From: an uncultured Gemmatimonadales bacterium
GTDB lineage: Bacteria > Gemmatimonadota > Gemmatimonadetes > Gemmatimonadales > Gemmatimonadaceae
Assembly (NCBI GenBank): GCA_963793305.1
Contig: CAWBZV010000005.1
Location: 96,001-160,000, forward strand
DNA length: 64,000 nucleotides
Direction of reading: 5' to 3'
A program made the position numbers and the translations under genes. The stretch's first letter is position 1; each line of letters begins with the position of its first letter. Positions 11,880 to 20,797 of the stretch are shown here, in pieces. The notes beneath the pieces are model-generated. The model was given only the letters and a program-made list of their open reading frames with translations. It did not search any database and was not told the origin of the DNA.

Positions 11880-12788
11880 GTGGCCGCAATCACTCTTCCC
11901 GTCCGCCGGCGGGCGCTACTGGTCGTCAACCCCGCCTCGCGCCTCGGGAAGCGCTACCACCGGATCGCCCTCGCTGCCTTCAAGGCGGCTGGCGTCCGCT
12001 GCGACGCGGTCCTTACGGAGCACCAGGGACAGGGCGCCGAGATCGCGCGATCCCTGGCCCCGCGCTATGACATGGTGTTCACGCTCGGCGGCGACGGGAC
12101 CGCTATGGAGGTCGTAGGTGCCTTGGCGGGCACGGGACGGGTCGTCGGCATCCTGCCTGGCGGTACCGGCAATCTCATCGCGCGCACCCTGGGTATTCCG
12201 CTCAATATCAGGAAGGCGGTAGCCGTCCTGCTAACCGGGGAAGAGGCCCGGGTCGACCTGGGGCGGCTCTCAGTAGGGGGCCGCCATTTCGCGTTCGCCG
12301 CCGGCGTCGGGGTCGATGCGTCCATGATCGCCGAGGCCTCGTCAGACCTGAAGCGCCATCTTGGCGTACTCGCTTATGTGTTTAGCTGGACCCGGGCGGC
12401 GTTTCGGGGGGATCTCTTTCGGGTTAGGATCACCATCGACGGGGAAGTCGTCGAAAAAGAGGCTACCGCGGTGATGATCGCCAACTTCGGGGCAGTCCTG
12501 AACGACCTGATGACCCTTGGCCCTGGGATACGGCCAGATGACGCAAAGCTGGACTTATGCGTCTTCTCACCATACACCGCCTGGGATGCCGTACGGATCG
12601 CTTGGAAACTTCTTCGCAAGGACTTCACGTCCGACCCGTGCATGTTCTATCGTGCCGGACGTCAGTTCCGCATCGAGACCCTGCCGCCGCGCGTAGCGCA
12701 GGCGGACGGCGAGCTATTGGGGGACACACCATTCGAGGTCAGCGTCGAGCCGCTCGCGGCGCAGCTGCTGGTTCCTCGACGAACGTGA
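11880..12788 (+). CDS. Diacylglycerol kinase family lipid kinase (YegS/DagK)
   Basis: VNPAS, GGDGT, LPGGTGN, QADGE motifs; GTG start. Confidence 0.9.
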   Translation: MAAITLPVRRRALLVVNPASRLGKRYHRIALAAFKAAGVRCDAVLTEHQGQGAEIARSLAPRYDMVFTLGGDGTAMEVVGALAGTGRVVGILPGGTGNLIARTLGIPLNIRKAVAVLLTGEEARVDLGRLSVGGRHFAFAAGVGVDASMIAEASSDLKRHLGVLAYVFSWTRAAFRGDLFRVRITIDGEVVEKEATAVMIANFGAVLNDLMTLGPGIRPDDAKLDLCVFSPYTAWDAVRIAWKLLRKDFTSDPCMFYRAGRQFRIETLPPRVAQADGELLGDTPFEVSVEPLAAQLLVPRRT

Positions 12789-12795
12789 TCCCGTA

Positions 12796-14127
12796 ATGGC
12801 CAGCGTCCTCATCGTCGACGACGAGCCGGCGATCACGGCGACGCTCGGGACGTACTTCGAGCGGAACGGCGGGCACGCGGTCACGAAAGCGCATACGGGC
12901 CAGGAAGGGATCAATCTCTTCCGCCAGCTCCGCCCCGACCTCGTGCTCCTGGACGTGCGTCTGCCCGACATGACCGGCTTCGACGTGCTCGATCGCATTC
13001 GCGACGAGAACGGCACCGTCATCATGATCACGGCCTACGGCGACGTCCCGCTGGCCGTGCAGGCGATGCAGAATGGCGCCGAGAATTTTCTCACGAAGCC
13101 GGTCGAGCTGGCGCACCTGGGTGCGGCCGCCGAGCGGGCGTTCGAGAAGTCGCGGCTGCGCCAGATGAACCGGTTTCTGGCATCCCGTCGCGGCAACGCG
13201 TCTTCGGCTCGCGTGCTCCTGGGGTCCTCGGCGCCGATGCAGGAGCTGGCGAACCAGATCGAGATGCTCGCCTCCAGCGACCGCACGACGGTCTTACTGA
13301 TCGGCGAGAGCGGAGCAGGCAAGGGGCGAGTGGCCGAGTTGATCCACTCGCGCAGCGGCCGGGGCGCCCGACCCTTCATCGAAGTGAACTGCGCCGCGCT
13401 GACGGCCGACACGCTCGACGGCGAGTTGTTCGGGCACGACAACGGAGGTCCCAAGCCGGGGCTCTTCGAGGTGGCCGACGGCGGATCGCTCTTCTTGGAC
13501 GAAATCGGTGATTTGGGTCCGACATTACAACCGAAACTGCTGGGTGTACTCGAAGGGAAGCCGTTTCGGCGGGTCGGTGGCACGCAAGAAATTCACGCTG
13601 ATGTCCGCCTGATCGCGGCCACCAGCAAGGACCTCGTCAACGAAGTCACGGCCGGGACATTCCGCGAAGACCTGTACTATCGTCTGAGCGTGATGCCGGT
13701 GTACCTGCCGCCCCTGCGCGCCCGCTCGCGCGAGGATCTCATCGAGCTGATCGCGCACGTGCTCGATGATCTGCGATCGACGTTCCCGGACGCCCCGCCA
13801 CAAATCGGTGATGCGGCGCTCGATCGCATGCTGCGCTACACGTGGCCGGGCAACATTCGAGAGTTGCGGAATGTTCTGGAACGGGCGACCATCGTATCCC
13901 GTGGCGCCGACACGATCGGCCCAGAGCATCTCCCGGCGGATGTGCGCGACGCCACGGGCATTGGCGTCGAGCACCACGTCCCGAAGTCGCTCGATGAGGT
14001 CGAGCGCTCGCACATCGAGCGGACCTTGCGGGTGCACTCCGGCAATCGGACGCACGCGGCGCGCGAGCTCGGGATTTCCCGCGCGACGCTGATCAAGAAG
14101 ATTCGAGCCTATGGCCTCCATGACTAG
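12796..14127 (+). CDS. NtrC-family response regulator (REC-AAA+-Fis HTH) lacking GAFTGA
   Basis: LLDVRLPD, GESGAGK, FLDEIG, FREDLYYRL, WPGNIREL, AARELGISR. Confidence 0.9.
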   Translation: MASVLIVDDEPAITATLGTYFERNGGHAVTKAHTGQEGINLFRQLRPDLVLLDVRLPDMTGFDVLDRIRDENGTVIMITAYGDVPLAVQAMQNGAENFLTKPVELAHLGAAAERAFEKSRLRQMNRFLASRRGNASSARVLLGSSAPMQELANQIEMLASSDRTTVLLIGESGAGKGRVAELIHSRSGRGARPFIEVNCAALTADTLDGELFGHDNGGPKPGLFEVADGGSLFLDEIGDLGPTLQPKLLGVLEGKPFRRVGGTQEIHADVRLIAATSKDLVNEVTAGTFREDLYYRLSVMPVYLPPLRARSREDLIELIAHVLDDLRSTFPDAPPQIGDAALDRMLRYTWPGNIRELRNVLERATIVSRGADTIGPEHLPADVRDATGIGVEHHVPKSLDEVERSHIERTLRVHSGNRTHAARELGISRATLIKKIRAYGLHD

Positions 14128-14320
14128 CCCAACGCCTCCGGCGCCTCAGAGCCACGAGCGCGATGCGATGATCTGCCGCCGCTGCGGCAAAGAGGAGCGC
14201 GCGTCCGAAGGCTACCCGTGCATTTCGTGCGGCACATTCCTGTGCCTGATCTGCAGCTTCCGCGGGTACCAGTACTGCACCTCCTGTGAGCAGCAACGTC
14301 CGCCCGGGGGCACGAAATAA
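14120..14320 (+). CDS. Small Cys-rich putative zinc-binding protein (66 aa)
   Basis: Four CxxC pairs (CRRC, CISC, CLIC, CTSC); fills the gap exactly and has a TAATG overlap with the next gene. Confidence 0.7.
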   Translation: MTSPTPPAPQSHERDAMICRRCGKEERASEGYPCISCGTFLCLICSFRGYQYCTSCEQQRPPGGTK

Positions 14321-15069
14321 TGCTGCGCGTTCGCTCGAGTGTGGCGCCGCTCCTCGCCGAGCCACGGATCTCGAGCGAGCAGATCTCCGAGCTCGCATCC
14401 GGTCAACCGTTGACGGTGCTCACGACGCAAGGGGAATGGCTCCGCGTCTGCGGCGCCGACGGCTACCAGGGCTGGACCCATCGCGGGTACACCGCCGAGG
14501 GCGCCGACGGCGCGTGGCTCACGTCACTCGGCTGCACCATCGTGAGCGAGACCGGCGCGTTGCTCCCACTCCCGCTCGGCGCGCTCGTGCCACCGGGCGC
14601 CCACATCGTCGATGGCGGTGCGCTCTCGCCTGGCGAGTTGCGCGCCGCATTCCCGCCCACGCGCGCTTCGGTCACGCGCGCGGCCCGTACGGCTTTCTCC
14701 GGTGCGCCCTATGCCTGGGGTCGCGTCACGCCTTGGGGCGCCGACTGCTCGGGCTTCGTGCAAAGCATCTTCGGGTTGCATGGAGTTACGCTTCCGCGCG
14801 ATGCATGGCAGCAAGCACAGGCCGGAAGCCCGGTCGGCAAGCCCGGTGGCATCACCGACATCATGGCCGCCGACCTGCTGTTCTTCTCGAGTCGCGACGA
14901 CCGCCGCCCCACGCACGTCGGCATCGCGCTCGGCAACAGCCCACCCGCCATGGCCCACGTCGCCCTCGGCCGCGGGGGGCATGCGATTGATCGGTGGGAC
15001 GATGACGACGCCTACGTGCGCGCGCTGGTCTCCCAATTCGTCGCTGCGCGGCGCATCCCGCTGGACTAG
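14320..15069 (+). CDS. SH3 + NlpC/P60 (C40) peptidoglycan peptidase
   Basis: GYQGW SH3b segment, PYAWG...GADCSGFV, LPRDAWQQ, HVGI. Confidence 0.88.
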   Translation: MLRVRSSVAPLLAEPRISSEQISELASGQPLTVLTTQGEWLRVCGADGYQGWTHRGYTAEGADGAWLTSLGCTIVSETGALLPLPLGALVPPGAHIVDGGALSPGELRAAFPPTRASVTRAARTAFSGAPYAWGRVTPWGADCSGFVQSIFGLHGVTLPRDAWQQAQAGSPVGKPGGITDIMAADLLFFSSRDDRRPTHVGIALGNSPPAMAHVALGRGGHAIDRWDDDDAYVRALVSQFVAARRIPLD

Positions 15070-15070
15070 A

Positions 15071-15499
15071 CTAGGACACCAGCCCGCCTCGCTGCGGCAC
15101 GACTGGCGAGACGATGCCGTTAACCTGGACCGCGGCTTCGGCGGTCGCGTGCCCGTCCAAGGCCACGGCCATGATGTATCGCCCCGGCACGTCGATAGGC
15201 AAATCGAGCGTCGCGATGAGCGGGAGGTCCATATCGCCCGCGCCCGGCGGCGCGTCGGCGATGCTGAGCTCCCCGCTCGATGACCACAGCTCGGTGCCCT
15301 GCGGATTGACCCACCGCAATGCCATCGTGTGCGTGCCAGCGTCGGCCCTTCCGCCCTTCAAGCGGACGACGAACGTGGCCCGTGGATGAACGGTAGGCAA
15401 GGTCGTGACTTGCACGGCGTCAAACACGCCGAGGATGTTGAGCTTACCCTCTTGCGAGAGGTTCGCCGCGTCGGCGAACAGTGCGAACGAAACGTGCAT
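15071..15499 (-). CDS. Conserved hypothetical protein (DUF6941-like)
   Basis: FALFADAAN...GKLNILGVFD pattern; TAAGTT box 6 nt before the ATG at 15499. Confidence 0.7.
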   Translation of the reverse strand: MHVSFALFADAANLSQEGKLNILGVFDAVQVTTLPTVHPRATFVVRLKGGRADAGTHTMALRWVNPQGTELWSSSGELSIADAPPGAGDMDLPLIATLDLPIDVPGRYIMAVALDGHATAEAAVQVNGIVSPVVPQRGGLVS

Positions 15500-15504
15500 A
15501 CTCA

Positions 15505-15511
15505 TAACTTA
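15505..15511. promoter_or_regulatory. Overlapping divergent -10 boxes (TAACTT on +, TAAGTT on -)
   Basis: Each box lies 6 nt before a start codon (15517 on +, 15499 on -). Confidence 0.55.
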
Positions 15512-15516
15512 CTTGC

Positions 15517-16203
15517 ATGGTCCTCGTTCTGTTCGATATCGACGGCACGCTCCTGACGGCCGCGGGCGCGGGCCGACGGGCGATCCACGGGGCGCTCCGT
15601 GACGTCTTTGGTGGCGTCGGTCCCGCCGACTATTGGTTCGATGGGAAGACCGATCCGCAAATCGTGCGGGATCTGATGCGCCACGAGGGCCACTCGGATG
15701 CCGTCATCGATGACCGCCTGACCACCGTTCTCACGCGGTATGCCGACCGCCTCGGCGCGGAACTCCAGGATCCGTCTCACGTTCCCATCGTGCACCCAGG
15801 CGTTCCCGAGATCCTCGACGCCCTGGAATCACATCCCGACGTGATCCTCGGTCTGCTCACAGGCAACATCGAATCGGGCGCGACGCAAAAGCTCCGAGCG
15901 GTCGGTCTAGACCCCGCGCGCTTCGTGATCGGTGCCTTCGGCTCGGATCATGAATCACGCTTGGAACTACCGGTGATCGCGGCCACCCGTGCGCAAGAAC
16001 GCCTTGGAGTCGATCCACCCCTAGTCGTGATAGGAGACACGCCGGCGGACGTTGCATGTGGCGCGGGCGCGAAGCGCCGCGCGATTGCCGTCGCGACGGG
16101 CCGCTATACGCTCCAGGAGCTGGTTGCCTGTGGCCCGGCGGCGGCATTCGAAGACTTGTCCGACACGGAGGCCGTCATGGCGGCTATCCTCGACAGTGCT
16201 TGA
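15517..16203 (+). CDS. HAD-superfamily hydrolase (phosphoglycolate phosphatase-like)
   Basis: LFDIDGTL, LLTGN, IGDTPAD. Confidence 0.9.
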   Translation: MVLVLFDIDGTLLTAAGAGRRAIHGALRDVFGGVGPADYWFDGKTDPQIVRDLMRHEGHSDAVIDDRLTTVLTRYADRLGAELQDPSHVPIVHPGVPEILDALESHPDVILGLLTGNIESGATQKLRAVGLDPARFVIGAFGSDHESRLELPVIAATRAQERLGVDPPLVVIGDTPADVACGAGAKRRAIAVATGRYTLQELVACGPAAAFEDLSDTEAVMAAILDSA

Positions 16204-16771
16204 AGTCGAGCTCAAGGCAGTCGTCGACGATGCGACCGTCACGCGCGCGAAGTTAGAAGCCGCGGGCGCGATGTTGACGTTCGTTGGTCGCATGGAGGAT
16301 CGCCGCTACGATACACCGGATGGCCGGTTCGCGCGGCGCGACGTTGTCATTCGCCTTCGCGTGTATCTCCCGACTGACGGTGGACCGGGGGAAGCGTTCC
16401 TCGACTGGAAAGGCGCATCGTCCAGCGACAGCGGCTACAAAGTCCGCGATGAGCTCTCGACGACTGTCGGCGATGCCAATACGCTGGCTATGATCCTCGA
16501 CCGCCTCGGATTCATCGTCACGCGCGAAGTCGATCGCCAGATTTGGCAGTACACGCTCGGATCGGCCATGGTACGATTCGAGCAGTACCCTCGCATGGAC
16601 GTGCTGCTGGAGGTCGAAGGCTCCCCCGATGCGATCGAGGATGCCATCGCCACGACGGGCATTCCACGCTCGGCGTTCTCCGACGAGCGGTTGCTCGACT
16701 TCGTCGCGCGATACGAAGAGCGCACGGGGCTCGATGCCGCCCTCTCCGACCGCGAGCTAGCCAATGCCTGA
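16196..16771 (+). CDS. CYTH-domain protein (class IV adenylate cyclase / triphosphatase fold)
   Basis: N-terminal EVELK, DRRYD, IRLR, LLEVEG. Confidence 0.8.
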   Translation: MLEVELKAVVDDATVTRAKLEAAGAMLTFVGRMEDRRYDTPDGRFARRDVVIRLRVYLPTDGGPGEAFLDWKGASSSDSGYKVRDELSTTVGDANTLAMILDRLGFIVTREVDRQIWQYTLGSAMVRFEQYPRMDVLLEVEGSPDAIEDAIATTGIPRSAFSDERLLDFVARYEERTGLDAALSDRELANA

Positions 16772-17495
16772 AGTCTCCACGATTTGGGCCCTCTGGAGAG
16801 GCCACGAGCTCTCAGGCACCGGCTCGGCCACGCTCACGGCCGATGTCGTCATGATCTCGGCGGGCACCTCGCGGCTCGCCATACCCATCGAGCAGCTCGA
16901 TGGCGCCCATATCGAGCCCGCGCACCTCACGTTGTTCCACCACTCGGGCGATGTCATCGAAATCGGCAGCGCCGATGCCGTTCGCCTGGGTCGCGACATC
17001 GTGGCCCATGCATGCGAGATCCCGGAGCTCACTGTGCCATTGCGGGCCTTGGGTTCAACTCGGGCGCGCCCTGGAGTAGACCACGATCGTTTCTTCGGAC
17101 CTTTCCTCGCGGCACGACGCGCCGCCGCGCGCGCGCCTGATCCGGAAGGCCGCCTCGCCGCGGTCGACGCCAAGGCGATCGCCACGGCCGTTGGTACGAC
17201 GGTGCGAGAGCTCGCCACCGAGCGCTATCCGAAGCAACCGGCGGAGCGCCGAGCGATGGAGGCGGAGCTCGCGGACCTCGCCGAGCCGGTCGTCGCTTCG
17301 CTGGAGACGCTGGCCGCTGCCGCGGACGCCGCGCGCGCGGGCCCCGATGACGTCAAATTCGTGCGCTGGCGCGCCTGGGCCAACGCCTACCGCGATGTCT
17401 TCCGCGCCGCCGACCAATGCTGGCTCGCCGCGATCGGCTCCGCGCTCGGCCCGCGCGCGGCCCACAAACGCGAGCGGTTCGGCTGGCGCCGATGA
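16764..17495 (+). CDS. Hypothetical protein
   Basis: 243 aa ORF overlapping both neighbours; no recognised motif. Confidence 0.6.
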   Translation: MPEVSTIWALWRGHELSGTGSATLTADVVMISAGTSRLAIPIEQLDGAHIEPAHLTLFHHSGDVIEIGSADAVRLGRDIVAHACEIPELTVPLRALGSTRARPGVDHDRFFGPFLAARRAAARAPDPEGRLAAVDAKAIATAVGTTVRELATERYPKQPAERRAMEAELADLAEPVVASLETLAAAADAARAGPDDVKFVRWRAWANAYRDVFRAADQCWLAAIGSALGPRAAHKRERFGWRR

Positions 17496-17878
17496 TCGTC
17501 GGCATCGGCCTGGACCTGATCGAGATTGAACGTGTGGGGCGCATGATCGCCATCAACGAAGAGCGAGCGTTGATGCGCCTGTTCACGTTTCGCGAGGTCG
17601 ACTATGCGAGTAAGCACGCGAACCCCATGCGCCACTACGCCGCGCGGCTCGCGGCGAAAGAAGCAGCCTACAAGGCCCTCTCTGGAAACAACCTCGCGCG
17701 CGCCGTGAGCTGGAAGGACATCGAGGTCGTGGTCCGCGACGATGGCCAACCGCTCCTCGAGTTCCACGGCCACGCGAAAAAGCGCGCGGCCGAGCTGGGC
17801 GTCACCCGCGCCTGGGTGACCCTGACCCACAGCGAGACCACCGCGGCGGCCGTTGTCGTCTTGGAGGATAGCCGATAA
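17492..17878 (+). CDS. acpS: Holo-[ACP] synthase
   Basis: GIGLDLIEIER, AARLAAKEAAYKAL, VTLTHS. Confidence 0.92.
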   Translation: MIVGIGLDLIEIERVGRMIAINEERALMRLFTFREVDYASKHANPMRHYAARLAAKEAAYKALSGNNLARAVSWKDIEVVVRDDGQPLLEFHGHAKKRAAELGVTRAWVTLTHSETTAAAVVVLEDSR

Positions 17879-17889
17879 ATTCTGTCGGA

Positions 17890-20064
17890 ATGAAGCTTCT
17901 CTCGCTCTTGCTGGCGTTTACGACTGCCATCCCCATCCAGGCCCAAGAAGAGCCTGTCAAACGCCTAGCTAATATCGTGGGCGTCGCGATTGGTGAATAC
18001 GGCAAGGGCGTCGACGCCCAGGGCCACCTGATCTCGGCTCAGGAGCACGAAGAATCGGTCGGGTTCCTCGAGGACGCGGCCGGGGTAGCGGCCCGCCTCT
18101 CCGGCCCGCAGTCAGTCGCCGCCCGGGCGATCATCGATACGCTACTCACGGCCGCGCAAGGCAACCGCCCGCCACAGGAGCTCGCCGCGATCGGTGCGCG
18201 CCTCTCGACCGCGCTCGGCACTGCCGGCGCGCTCGATCTCCCGGCCCACGGCGTCGACCTCGGCGCCGGCGCCACGATATTCGCCAAGAACTGCTCGTCG
18301 TGTCATGGTGATCACGGGCAGGGCACGGGTCACGGTCCCGATGCGCCACCAGCGATTGGCACGTCGGCGGTGATGCACGGCGTGAGCCCGGCGCTCTCCT
18401 ACCGCGTCGTCTCGGTCGGTGTCCGTGGGACCGCGATGCCGGCCTGGGGTCCGTCGCTGACGGCCGACCAGCGTTGGAATACGATCGCCTATCTCACATC
18501 GCTCCGGTACCCGCTGGCGGAACGAGCCGAAGGGGAAGGGCTGTTCCTGCAGAACTGCGCCTCGTGCCACGGGGCGGCTGGCATCGGTTCGGCGCAATAC
18601 TCGCATGATCTCTCGCACGTTCCGCCAGCCATTGGCACGTTTGTCTGGCAGGCTGAGCGCAGCGATTCGGCATTAGTCGCGGTCATTCGCGCGGGCGTCC
18701 CAGGGACCGCCATGCCACCCAGTGGCCTCACGGATGCGCAGGCGCTGCGTGTTGTTGGTTTCCTGCGCTCGCTCGCGGTCCGGAGCGCGACGGTCGCGGC
18801 CGCGTCGACCGATTCGACGCAGGCGGGTTCGCGCGTGATGTCGCTCGTCAATCAGTGCTTGATTGACGCCCGCGGCGGGCGGATGCGCGACGCCGAGGAT
18901 CGCGCGTTCGACTCGTATATCGCGTTCGAGCCCCTCGAGACCGTCGCGAAAGCCAAGAACCCGGGTCTCATCGCGACGATGGAGCGGCATTTCGCCGATC
19001 TCAAGGGCGCGATCCACGCGAGTGATCTGCGCGCGGCGGAGCGGTCGCGCGACGCGATCGAGGTCGGGATGCCGGCGGTCATGACCCTCAATCAGCCGAC
19101 GACCGGCGGATGGAGCGCGTTCTTCCAGTCGTTCCTGATCATCGTCCGGGAGGGCTTCGAGGCGATCTTGGTCGTTGGCGCCGTGGTCGCCTTCCTGCTC
19201 AAAACCGGCCACCAAGAACGCCTGCGCTCTATCTGGATCGGCACATCCCTGGGCGTGCTCGCCAGCGCAGTGACGGCCGTGATCCTCGCCACGGTGCTGC
19301 GCGCGCTCCCGGCGTCGACCGAGATCATCGAGGGGGCGACCCTACTCGTCGCCGTCGCGGTGTTGTTCTCCGTCAGCTACTGGTTGATCTCGAAGGTCGA
19401 GGCGGCCAAGTGGCAGCAGTTCATCAAGGAGAAGGTGACGACCGCGCTGGCCCAGGGTGGTGGAACCGCGCTCGCGTTCGTGGCCTTCCTCGCGGTCTAT
19501 CGCGAGGGCGCCGAGACCGCGCTCTTCTACCAGGCGTTGTTCAGCGAGGGCTCGCACTTGGTGCTCCCCCTCGCCCTCGGCATCGTCATCGGTGGGGCGG
19601 CGCTGGCGGTGATCTTCACGCTGTTCTATCGCTTCGGCGTGCGCATCCCCCTGCGCCCGTTCTTCACCGTGACCAGCGCGCTCCTCTACTACATGGCGTT
19701 CGTGTTCGCCGGCAAAGGCATCCGCGAGCTGCAAGAGGGCGGCGCGGTACCTATTACGATCATTCACGGGTTCCCGACGGTCGAAGCCATGGGAATCTTC
19801 AACAGCGTCGAGACGCTGCTGGCGCAGTTCGTTCTACTCGCCCTTCTCGCGTTCGCCTTGGCGCGGACGTTCTGGCCGAAGCGCTCCGTACAGCTGCCCA
19901 CCGTGGCTCCCACCACTGCGGGCGTCGACGAGCGACTGGCGACGATTCAGTCTACGCTTGACGCGTTGGGCCGGCAGGTATCGGCTCTAGAGGAAGAGCT
20001 GTCGTCGGGTTCCGGCGCAAGTACATCCACGCCACCCCCCCGGCAGCGAACAGCAAAGCGATGA
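17890..20064 (+). CDS. Cytochrome c / FTR1 iron permease fusion (PbrT/EfeU-like)
   Basis: Signal peptide, two CxxCH (CSSCH, CASCH) each followed by GTAMP, FTR1 motifs REGFE and REGAE. Confidence 0.88.
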   Translation: MKLLSLLLAFTTAIPIQAQEEPVKRLANIVGVAIGEYGKGVDAQGHLISAQEHEESVGFLEDAAGVAARLSGPQSVAARAIIDTLLTAAQGNRPPQELAAIGARLSTALGTAGALDLPAHGVDLGAGATIFAKNCSSCHGDHGQGTGHGPDAPPAIGTSAVMHGVSPALSYRVVSVGVRGTAMPAWGPSLTADQRWNTIAYLTSLRYPLAERAEGEGLFLQNCASCHGAAGIGSAQYSHDLSHVPPAIGTFVWQAERSDSALVAVIRAGVPGTAMPPSGLTDAQALRVVGFLRSLAVRSATVAAASTDSTQAGSRVMSLVNQCLIDARGGRMRDAEDRAFDSYIAFEPLETVAKAKNPGLIATMERHFADLKGAIHASDLRAAERSRDAIEVGMPAVMTLNQPTTGGWSAFFQSFLIIVREGFEAILVVGAVVAFLLKTGHQERLRSIWIGTSLGVLASAVTAVILATVLRALPASTEIIEGATLLVAVAVLFSVSYWLISKVEAAKWQQFIKEKVTTALAQGGGTALAFVAFLAVYREGAETALFYQALFSEGSHLVLPLALGIVIGGAALAVIFTLFYRFGVRIPLRPFFTVTSALLYYMAFVFAGKGIRELQEGGAVPITIIHGFPTVEAMGIFNSVETLLAQFVLLALLAFALARTFWPKRSVQLPTVAPTTAGVDERLATIQSTLDALGRQVSALEEELSSGSGASTSTPPPRQRTAKR

Positions 20065-20797
20065 CCTGAGCAGTCGTGAAGGGCCCAAAGAACCGGTCGT
20101 CCTTGGCCCGGAAGAATTCGACGATAAACCGCTCGATGCCGGCCATCACGCAGTACAGCCCGAACAGCCATCCCTCGGCGTGCTTGTGGTTCCGGAAGCG
20201 CCAGAGAATCAAGAACATGATGAACCCCATCGTCACCTCGAACAGTTGCGTGGGGTACACCGCGAGCACGTCCATCGGCAGGACATTCGGCGGCAACTTC
20301 ACATGGAACTCTTGCACCATGTTGATGGCCGTCGACGGCGGCGCCCCTTCGGGAAATTGCACCGCCCAGTGCGAATTCCACGGGCGCCCGTAGTCGTCGC
20401 CCACGGCCCAACACCCGCTCCGCCCGATCGCGTATGCCGCCGCGATCCCCGGCGCCGCGGCATCGCTGATCGTCGTGAACTTCCACCCCTTGTACCGAAT
20501 CACGATCCACGACGCGATGATGCCGCCGATCAGCCCGCCCCAGAACACGAACCCAGCGCGCTGAAAGAGCTCGTGCCAGTCCCCTCTCAAGATCGCGTAA
20601 TAGATCTTCGCGCCCAGGAGTCCACCGACGACCGCGCCAAAGAGCACGTCCGACGTGACTTCCGGGTCTTTCCCGCGCTCCGAGAGGATATGCGCTGAGG
20701 AGATCTGCGCGATCCAGAACGCGAACAATACGGCGAGCCCGAATCCAGTCAGCTGAAACCAGCCGAGGCTGTACTGGAAGGGATGGTGGATAATCAT
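19952..20797 (-). CDS. lgt: Prolipoprotein diacylglyceryl transferase
   Basis: GFVFWGGLIGG, IGRSGC...GDDYG, YPTQLFE, ERFIVEFFR. Confidence 0.88.
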   Translation of the reverse strand: MIIHHPFQYSLGWFQLTGFGLAVLFAFWIAQISSAHILSERGKDPEVTSDVLFGAVVGGLLGAKIYYAILRGDWHELFQRAGFVFWGGLIGGIIASWIVIRYKGWKFTTISDAAAPGIAAAYAIGRSGCWAVGDDYGRPWNSHWAVQFPEGAPPSTAINMVQEFHVKLPPNVLPMDVLAVYPTQLFEVTMGFIMFLILWRFRNHKHAEGWLFGLYCVMAGIERFIVEFFRAKDDRFFGPFTTAQVIALLFAAGGVAWMYLRRNPTTALPLEPIPAGPTRQA

